Assembly: GCA_038257035.1 (NCBI GenBank)
Contig: JBBSJT010000063.1
Coordinates: 1-14,155, forward strand
Reading direction: 5' to 3'
DNA: 14,155 nt
Source: Chlamydiia bacterium
GTDB lineage: Bacteria > Chlamydiota > Chlamydiia > Chlamydiales > Parachlamydiaceae
Each line of letters starts with the position of its first letter. Positions within the stretch are counted from its first letter, which is position 1. Of the stretch, positions 7,998 through 14,155 are shown one piece after another. The notes below the pieces were generated by a model that was not told the origin of the DNA, ran no database searches, and saw nothing but the letters and a program-made list of their open reading frames with translations. A program made the position numbers and the translations under genes.

Positions 7998-8972
7998 ATG
8001 ATTGACAATCCCTATTCGGGCAATACTTTTTTTGAATTTTTTTATACCCTTTTTATTCGATTATTTGAATTTATAACAGGAAATTTGCCCTTTGAAAATT
8101 TAGCCACAGATGAAATACAAATGATTGTTTTAGCGGGTGTTTCAGCTTCATCTGCCATGGTTGGAACATTTCTTGTTTTAAGAAAAATGACCATGCTTGC
8201 AAATTCCTTGTCTCATACTATATTGCTTGGGATCGTCATCGCATTTTTAATGACTAAAAATAGCGTTCTTCCAAATGCAAACGGCTACGTGGAACCGATT
8301 AATATTTTTGCCATGATGTTTGCTTCCTTAATTATGGGTATTGTCACCACATTTTTAACTGAATTTTTAACAAAGACCGTAAAACTACAAGAAGATGCCA
8401 GCACAGGGCTTGTTTTTACCGGTCTTTTTGCCCTAGGTATTCTTTTAGTTACTCTTTTAACAAGAAATGCCCATATCGGCACGGAAGTTGTAATGGGCAA
8501 TGTGGATGCCTTGCATCTTGATGATTGCAAATTCATTTTTATTATTTTGGGAATCAATACATTTCTTTTTTTGTTATTTTTTAAAGAATTTAAAATCACA
8601 ACGTTTGATCCAGGACTTTCAAGGGCAATAGGTATTTCAACTATTTTCTTTAACTATCTTTTAATGGCCCAAGTATCTTTAACAACCATTGGGGCCTTTC
8701 GAGCAGTCGGCGTTTTAATGGTCTTAAGCTTTATTACAGGGCCACCACTCATTGCAAGGTTGTTGACAGATCATTTAAAATCAATGATTACCTATTCGAT
8801 TATTATAGGGGTAAGTGCATCCATAATTGGCGTTGCCATATCCCGTCATTTCTTGTCAGTGCATGGAATGGCTCTTTCAACTTCAGGCCTCGTTGTCACA
8901 ACGATTCTACTTCTTTTTATAGGAGTTGCCCTTTATTCAAATTTTTCAAAAAAAAACCCATTAAGGACTTAA
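7998..8972 (+). CDS. ytgD: Metal ABC transporter permease, TroD/YtgD
   Basis: ABC-3 permease motifs GTFLVLRKMTMLANSLSHTILLG, EDASTGLVFT, FDPGL and GAFRAVGVLMV. Confidence 0.92.
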   Translation: MIDNPYSGNTFFEFFYTLFIRLFEFITGNLPFENLATDEIQMIVLAGVSASSAMVGTFLVLRKMTMLANSLSHTILLGIVIAFLMTKNSVLPNANGYVEPINIFAMMFASLIMGIVTTFLTEFLTKTVKLQEDASTGLVFTGLFALGILLVTLLTRNAHIGTEVVMGNVDALHLDDCKFIFIILGINTFLFLLFFKEFKITTFDPGLSRAIGISTIFFNYLLMAQVSLTTIGAFRAVGVLMVLSFITGPPLIARLLTDHLKSMITYSIIIGVSASIIGVAISRHFLSVHGMALSTSGLVVTTILLLFIGVALYSNFSKKNPLRT

Positions 8973-8977
8973 GAAAA

Positions 8978-9838
8978 GTGATCCGCTATTTACCCGAATT
9001 TATTCGTAAATCTGATTATATTCGCTGGGAGATACCGTCAGAGGATTCGATTTCTGATCTTGAGACTGAAATCGCTGATATGGTGGCCATCAATTTTTTT
9101 TCTGAAATTTTGACAGATGATATTATTGTTCATGAAATTTTTTCGCGTTTAAAATGCAAAGAACTGCTCAATTTTGGTCTAGTGGATAAAAAAATCCAAC
9201 ATCTGGCAAATGATCCGCTAGTGATGAAAGATAAAATTTATTTGGAAAAAGTTTTTAGTCCTCTTGATTGGCAACACTTTTTTGGTTTTGGCATTGAGGA
9301 TGACACCCTTGCAAGAAATCAATTGTCGAATAACATCGTTGATCTTTTTAAAGAATTTCCACATCAATTTAATAATATCACTTGGATACCGGAAGGGATC
9401 AGCATTAATTTATTTGGTGATCTTATAAAAAAATATTATCGTAACAACAAAGATGGTTATGCGAGTATTGACGAAAAAATTCAGAGTGAATTTGGTAAAA
9501 TTTGCACCTTAAAAGGTCAATGGATATCACTTAACCCATTGGGCCGCATTATTAATCCAGAAATCACCAAAAAATTTAAAGAGATAAATTTTAATAAAAA
9601 TCCAAATATTTTTGAAGTTGTTGTTTTGAAATTTTCAGATTGGTTCAAGTTTGAACGATATATTTTACCCAATAATCGTAAAGTTATTATAGAGTATGAT
9701 AAATTTCAAATAAACGTTCATATAAACAGCTTAGGAATTAATTTGCTAACGGCGCCCCTTCAAACGAATCGGCTCATGTTTATACCTAAAGGTGTTGGTG
9801 GCATTAGAAGACAAGGAGACCAGCCCTTTTTGTATTAA
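8978..9838 (+). CDS. F-box-like domain protein, putative secreted effector (family distinct from the four downstream paralogs)
   Basis: FFSEILTDDIIVHEIFSRLKCKELLNFGLVDKKIQHLANDP fits the F-box pattern LP.EI...IFS.L...EL.....V.K.W..L, without the proline. The start is uncertain (GTG 8978 or ATG 9080). Confidence 0.6.
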   Translation: MIRYLPEFIRKSDYIRWEIPSEDSISDLETEIADMVAINFFSEILTDDIIVHEIFSRLKCKELLNFGLVDKKIQHLANDPLVMKDKIYLEKVFSPLDWQHFFGFGIEDDTLARNQLSNNIVDLFKEFPHQFNNITWIPEGISINLFGDLIKKYYRNNKDGYASIDEKIQSEFGKICTLKGQWISLNPLGRIINPEITKKFKEINFNKNPNIFEVVVLKFSDWFKFERYILPNNRKVIIEYDKFQINVHINSLGINLLTAPLQTNRLMFIPKGVGGIRRQGDQPFLY

Positions 9839-9938
9839 AACTTCTTTTAATATCCCATATTCCAAATTATTCCTAATTTTTTTATTTACTTTAAAAAAAA
9901 ATTATAATATATTAATTTCATTAAAAAAGGATTTTTAT

Positions 9939-10853
9939 ATGATTATTTATAATAGTATTGCTAATTTGATTTTTTCGGAATCTAAAGATTCCAACGATCG
10001 AAAAATTGAAGGTAACTTCTTTACTTTGCTTCCCATCAATGTTTTTGAAAAGATCTTAAGCTATTTATCTCTTGAAGATTTAAGATTATTTAAATTAACA
10101 AGCAGTAATACTCCACCTATTGTGAAGGCGGCAATCACTCAAATTTTTTTAGATAATGTTCAAAATGAGTTAACCGATCTCTATGATGTAAAAATTAGTT
10201 TGAAAAGTTTAAGTATTTATGAAAGATATCATCAGGCACTTGAAAAAACAAAAAAATTTAAAAAGTGTACTTATAAAGGGTTTCAAGCCAAAAGAAGTGC
10301 AATCTCTGCTCTGTTTGAGAATCGCTCAATAGAATATACCTTGGAAAAATTAAAATCATTTAATCTTCAAGACGATAAATTTTTGCTTCCGGAAATTTTT
10401 AAAAATAGAATCCATCACTATGACTCTAAGGTTACTTGGAGAAGAACAGATGAGCAAAATGATAAAAATCTTATCTTATTTTTAAAAGTCTTAAGAAAAA
10501 ATCAATCCGATTTAAGAAAGTTTACTTTGGAAGTTTTCGACACACCTTTAAGTGAAAAAGTGTTGAATGCATTTGTAAGGGCAATTTTTGAGAATCATTC
10601 TTTTAAAACACTCAATGTGAGTATTCAAAATTGGAATGCTATTCATTTAAATTCAATCCTTGAAGCAGTTAAACAAAATAAGAATATCGAGAGATGTTTA
10701 ATTTCAGAAATAAATTATGACCAAAATCTTGCAAATGGCTGGTGGTGGCAACGTCAGGGCCAAGAAAAACATCTTGCTGAATTAAATCGTATCGTTCAAA
10801 ATCATTTGAAAGACGTTTCTTACAATCAAGGAAACTGGCATTGGAAAAAATGA
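9939..10853 (+). CDS. F-box-like protein with predicted LRR/RNI-like C-terminus, paralog 1
   Basis: F-box pattern FTLLPINVFEKILSYLSLEDLRLFKLTS. The C-terminus (AIFENHSFKTLNV..WN..HL..ILEAVKQNKNI) is shared with the next three ORFs. The start is placed at ATG 9939 (AAAGGA RBS) rather than 9792. Confidence 0.72.
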   Translation: MIIYNSIANLIFSESKDSNDRKIEGNFFTLLPINVFEKILSYLSLEDLRLFKLTSSNTPPIVKAAITQIFLDNVQNELTDLYDVKISLKSLSIYERYHQALEKTKKFKKCTYKGFQAKRSAISALFENRSIEYTLEKLKSFNLQDDKFLLPEIFKNRIHHYDSKVTWRRTDEQNDKNLILFLKVLRKNQSDLRKFTLEVFDTPLSEKVLNAFVRAIFENHSFKTLNVSIQNWNAIHLNSILEAVKQNKNIERCLISEINYDQNLANGWWWQRQGQEKHLAELNRIVQNHLKDVSYNQGNWHWKK

Positions 10854-10872
10854 TTTAACAATCAAGAGGTGT

Positions 10873-11709
10873 ATGATTATTAGCCATCCATGTAACGAGA
10901 AACTATCCAATTATCTTTTGGATCTACCCTCTGAGGTGTTAAATGAAATTGAAAACAACTTGTCCATTAAAGATCAACGTTTCCTACATTCCACAAATTG
11001 CAAAATACGCTATTTAAAAATTCAAGAATTCTTGGAAAAGCTAGACCACGATCTATTTAAAAGGCAAGTTTGGGAAGGTGGATATTCAACACCTTTACCT
11101 GCATCGTATTTTAAATTTTTAAGCGAAGCAAAAAGCTTAGAAAATGGCTCTGAAGATAGATGTCAGGCTTTAAGGAATGCAATTTGTTCGGTCTTTAAAG
11201 GCTCTCGAATGGTTTGTTTACAAAATTTATTTTGCCTAAATCCACTTTATAACGATAAACCATTGAGTATTCAACTGCTTACAAATCATAGTGATGTAGA
11301 ATCCTTGCGTTGGTATGAGAATGATAAAGCGAATGGTAAATTTGTTGTTATAATTTATAAATTGTTAGCAGAAAATCAATTAAATCTTAAAAAAGTGAAA
11401 TACATCCAGGAATTTGAAATTCCAACGGATGAAAGAATCATCAAATTGTTTGTCACTGCAATCAGCAATAATCTATCTGTTAATGAAGTTATCTTAAGTG
11501 GGGCACTTTGGAATCTTGAACAATTGAAAGGTATTTTGGAAGCGATCAACAAAAATGAACGCATTGGCCAAGTCTCTATTGTGGAGAATGATCCCGTAAC
11601 ACCTAGTCAAATAGAGAAGGTAAGAGATGTTATCCTTAATACACTTAATAAGGCTTGGGTCTATAAATCCTCATCTTTTGATGGATTCTCTTGGACATAT
11701 AGTAGATAA
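10873..11709 (+). CDS. F-box-like protein with predicted LRR/RNI-like C-terminus, paralog 2
   Basis: LLDLPSEVLNEIENNLSIKDQRFLHSTN, with a GAGGT RBS. Highly similar to 11740-12564. Confidence 0.75.
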   Translation: MIISHPCNEKLSNYLLDLPSEVLNEIENNLSIKDQRFLHSTNCKIRYLKIQEFLEKLDHDLFKRQVWEGGYSTPLPASYFKFLSEAKSLENGSEDRCQALRNAICSVFKGSRMVCLQNLFCLNPLYNDKPLSIQLLTNHSDVESLRWYENDKANGKFVVIIYKLLAENQLNLKKVKYIQEFEIPTDERIIKLFVTAISNNLSVNEVILSGALWNLEQLKGILEAINKNERIGQVSIVENDPVTPSQIEKVRDVILNTLNKAWVYKSSSFDGFSWTYSR

Positions 11710-11739
11710 ATCAAAATTTCAAAGAACTAAAAGATTATT

Positions 11740-12564
11740 ATGTTAGTCGATCTTTCAACAAATCTTCATTTTGTGAATTTCCCTGAAGAAGTTTTTTTCG
11801 AAATAGGAAGGCATTTATCTATCAAAGATCAGCGTTCTTTTCATTCGACAAATTATAAAATACGCTATTTAAAAATCCTAGAACATTTGGAAAAGCTAGA
11901 CCGTGATCTAACTAAAAATAAATTTTATAATTATGGATATCAAACTCCTTTACCTAAGACCTATCACACTTTTATAGCCGAAGCAAAAAGTTTAAAAAAT
12001 GGCTCTGAAGAAAGATGTCAAGCTTTAAGAAATGCGATCTGCTCCGTTTTTAAAGGTTTTAAAATGGTTTGTTTACAAAACACATTTTGTTGGTATTCAT
12101 TTTTTGAAGATAAATCTTTGACCATTCAGTTGCTTTCGAATTACAATGATGAAGAGAGTCTTGATTGGTGTGAGAACGAAGAACCTAATGGTAAATTTGT
12201 TATCACAATTTATAGATTATTAGCAGAAAATCAGTTAAATCTTAAAAAAGTGACGTACATCCAAGATTATGAAAATCCAAAGGATGAAAAGATCATCAAA
12301 TTATTTGTAAGTGTAATCAGCAATAATCTGTCTATTAATCAGGTTGATCTCTTTGGTAGCTTTTGGAATCTTGAACATTTGAGTGTAATTGTGGAAGCGA
12401 TCAACAAAAATGAACGCATTGGCCAAGTTTCTATTGAAGAGGGTGATCACTTAACACGTGATGGATTAGGAAAGGTATATGATTTTATTTATAATATTCT
12501 TAAAAATAAATGGATCTTTAAACCCTCCACCATTAATAGAGGACATTGGACATTCAATAGATAG
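11740..12564 (+). CDS. F-box-like protein with predicted LRR/RNI-like C-terminus, paralog 3
   Basis: FVNFPEEVFFEIGRHLSIKDQRSFHSTN. It shares identical blocks with paralog 2 (RCQALRNAICSVFKG, LLAENQLNLKKV, EAINKNERIGQVSI). Confidence 0.75.
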   Translation: MLVDLSTNLHFVNFPEEVFFEIGRHLSIKDQRSFHSTNYKIRYLKILEHLEKLDRDLTKNKFYNYGYQTPLPKTYHTFIAEAKSLKNGSEERCQALRNAICSVFKGFKMVCLQNTFCWYSFFEDKSLTIQLLSNYNDEESLDWCENEEPNGKFVITIYRLLAENQLNLKKVTYIQDYENPKDEKIIKLFVSVISNNLSINQVDLFGSFWNLEHLSVIVEAINKNERIGQVSIEEGDHLTRDGLGKVYDFIYNILKNKWIFKPSTINRGHWTFNR

Positions 12565-12636
12565 AAATCTAGGTGATCTACCAGATGATCTAAAAGATTG
12601 TAATTGAATTCTGATATGCGACACTAACTCGAGAAA

Positions 12637-12712
12637 TTCGCTAATTTGGAGTGCTAGAGACTTACAAATCGACGAGTCGATTTGTAAGTCTCTAGCACTC
12701 CAAATTAGCGAA
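12637..12712. repeat. Perfect 37-bp inverted repeat with 2-nt spacer (P4)
   Basis: TTCGCTAATTTGGAGTGCTAGAGACTTACAAATCGAC (12637-12673), then GA, then the exact reverse complement (12676-12712). Confidence 0.95.
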
Positions 12713-12746
12713 ATTTATTAATATAAATTTTAAGATTGGAGATCAT

Positions 12747-13637
12747 ATGTTATCGAGTCATTCAACTCATTTTTTGCAAATAGATCCTACAAATTATGTA
12801 TCAACCATTCCCGATGAAGTTTTTTATGAAATTGGCAGTTATTTAGGAATTAGAGATTTACGCTCCTTTTATCAAACTGATCGCAAAATTCAGTTAAGTG
12901 TGGCATCCCTAATCCCTTTTAAAGTTCAAGAGCATTTGGAAATTTTAGAAATGGAACTTTTAGCTGCAAGTATCATAAAGGTTCAATTAAAAAATCCTAA
13001 GACTTTTAAACAGTTTTATACGTGTAAATCCAAAGTGAGTACCTCCAACAATGGCTCTTTGGAGCGTTCTCAAGCATTACGCGATGTGATATGCTCTCTT
13101 TTTGATAATATTAGTTTAAACTCCTTTTTTAATTTAATATGTAATCACCCTTTATCTGAAGATAAATTATTAGCAATGAGTATAATCAAAAATATAAGAA
13201 CCAATCAATCGATTTTGTGGAAAGACAAAAAAGACAATAAAATTTTTATTTTAATTTTGGAATTGTTAAAAAAAAATGAACTTGATCTTGAAGAAATTCA
13301 ATATCAGAAATTCAATAATTCCTTGGATAAAACCATTCTTGAATCAATGGTGAATGCTATTAATGAAAATCAATCAATTGTAAGTATTGATCTTGGTGTT
13401 GAAAAATGGAATCTTATACATTTGGAGCAACTTTTAGTAGCAATAAAAAATAATCAACACATAAAAGAAATCAGCATTTCAGAATATAATTATTCAAATA
13501 GGGTTTTTGATAAAAAAACACCTGCTCCTGAAGATATTGAGCAATTGAAAAAGATAAAAGAATTAATCATTCATCATTTTGGCAATGCTGCAATCGACAA
13601 TACTCTTGCACAAGGCTACTGGCACTGGACCCGCTAA
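12747..13637 (+). CDS. F-box-like protein with predicted LRR/RNI-like C-terminus, paralog 4
   Basis: VSTIPDEVFYEIGSYLGIRDLRSFYQTD, plus NGSLERSQALRDVICSLF and AINENQSI..WNLIHLEQLL shared with the paralogs. GGAG RBS. Confidence 0.75.
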   Translation: MLSSHSTHFLQIDPTNYVSTIPDEVFYEIGSYLGIRDLRSFYQTDRKIQLSVASLIPFKVQEHLEILEMELLAASIIKVQLKNPKTFKQFYTCKSKVSTSNNGSLERSQALRDVICSLFDNISLNSFFNLICNHPLSEDKLLAMSIIKNIRTNQSILWKDKKDNKIFILILELLKKNELDLEEIQYQKFNNSLDKTILESMVNAINENQSIVSIDLGVEKWNLIHLEQLLVAIKNNQHIKEISISEYNYSNRVFDKKTPAPEDIEQLKKIKELIIHHFGNAAIDNTLAQGYWHWTR

Positions 13638-13648
13638 CAAAACTACAA

Positions 13649-13853
13649 TATATACTGATGCTACTTGGAAGTGAAAACTTCTGATGTTCAAGTTTACCGC
13701 TAAAGAATGACCTTTTTAACGCAAAGGCGCAAAGATTAAAAGACCCTTTAAGCATGCGAAGAGTTCTTTTTATTCTTTGCCTCTTTGCGCCTTTGCGTTA
13801 AAAAAAAGGTAAAAAAAGTTCATATTTTCATTTTCAAGTAGAACCAGTATATA
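13649..13853. mobile_element. MITE-like element with outer TIRs and an inner GCAAAG-type palindrome (P5)
   Basis: Left end TATATACTGATGCTACTTGGAAGTGAAAA. The reverse complement of the right end is TATATACTGGTTCTACTTGAAAATGAAAA. TA at both ends is a possible target duplication. The inner perfect 23-bp IR is TTTTTAACGCAAAGGCGCAAAGA (13713-13735 / 13782-13804). No transposase is present. Confidence 0.78.
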
Positions 13854-13867
13854 ACTAGAAGTTGCTA

Positions 13868-14035
13868 GTCGCGGATGCGACGAAAGCATGTAGCCACGGG
13901 TGTCAACCCGTGGTCAAATAAAATATAAAAAATAAGCTGCGTTAGCTGCGACAGAGTCACAACTATACTTCATTTTTCTGTCGCCACCTACGTGGCTTAT
14001 TTTTTGAAAAAGGCATTTAACCACGGGTTGACACC
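13868..14035. repeat. GTAG-type REP doublet (REPIN-like, P6), right copy truncated
   Basis: GTAG (13890-13893) is followed by the hairpin CCACGGGT-GTCA-ACCCGTGG (13894-13913). An inverted copy ACCACGGGTTGACACC lies at 14020-14035. There is an inner imperfect IR (13927-13955 / 13977-14005) and a small hairpin GTCGC-GGAT-GCGAC at 13868-13881. Confidence 0.8.
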
Positions 14036-14155
14036 CATATGCGTTAAGCTAAGCAACTTTCAGCCCTAAGTTGCTGGTTTCCAACTTGTAATAACCTCGA
14101 CCTGCATTAATACTTTGTCTTAATGTTGGTCGCTTTCTTTTATCTTTACAAAGTC
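14036..14155 (-). mobile_element. End of an IS4-family (IS231-like) insertion sequence, partial
   Basis: The terminus CATATGCGTTAAGCTAAG resembles the IS231-type TIR pattern (CAT....AA.TAAG). The preceding 11 bp, GGGTTGACACC, fit the IS231A target consensus GGG(N)5CCC with one mismatch. A minus-strand open frame ends inside this TIR. Confidence 0.62.
14049..14153 (-). CDS. C-terminal fragment of a probable IS4-family transposase (runs off the window)
   Basis: Open frame ...LCKDKRKRPTLRQSINAGRGYYKLETSNLGLKVA* with TAG at 14051-14049 inside the putative TIR. Only 34 residues are visible and no catalytic motif can be seen. Confidence 0.5.
   Translation of the reverse strand, partial: LCKDKRKRPTLRQSINAGRGYYKLETSNLGLKVA

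Noticed and set aside
8285..8599. 104-aa minus-strand ORF
   Set aside because: Shadow ORF opposite ytgD.
9792..9938. N-terminal extension of the 353-aa ORF
   Set aside because: It overlaps the previous gene and crosses very AT-rich intergenic-like DNA. The ATG at 9939 has an RBS and gives a length similar to the paralogs.
10739..10747. WWW motif in paralog 1 as a Trp-sensing device
   Set aside because: It is near the C-terminus and not conserved in the paralogs, so a regulatory role is unsupported.
11376..11564. 62-aa minus-strand ORF
   Set aside because: Shadow ORF opposite paralog 2.
12566..12607. Possible F-box gene remnant (NLGDLPDDLKDCN*)
   Set aside because: Only 13 codons with no start codon. 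The resemblance to DLPxE could be chance.
13567..13755. 62-aa minus-strand ORF
   Set aside because: It spans the MITE-like element and the antisense end of paralog 4, and is not a transposase.
57..13804. Palindromes as a CRISPR array or as simple terminators
   Set aside because: There are no regularly spaced direct repeats with unique spacers and no cas genes. The stems are much longer than terminators, and the NTT gene already has its own terminator at 211-249.

Overview
AT-rich window from an environmental Chlamydiae-like bacterium, inferred from gene order matching Chlamydia trachomatis CT065-CT070. The left part is a conserved block: an NTT/Npt1-family nucleotide transporter and a DdbA(CT066)-like gene on the minus strand. 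A divergent operon follows: Mrp/ApbC P-loop NTPase, DUF971 protein, ytgA, ytgB, ytgCR (permease fused to a DtxR-type repressor) and ytgD. The right part is an accessory array of five F-box-like proteins, four of them paralogous with a predicted LRR/RNI-like C-terminus. The most striking unexplained signal is six long intergenic palindromic elements. Four share one architecture (T-run, A[C/A]C, then a repeated hexamer that differs between copies), and two of these carry the same MITE-like terminal repeat. A separate GTAG-type REP doublet at the right end is cut by the end of an IS4-family (IS231-like) element, which inserted at a GGG-N5-ACC site inside the REP palindrome.
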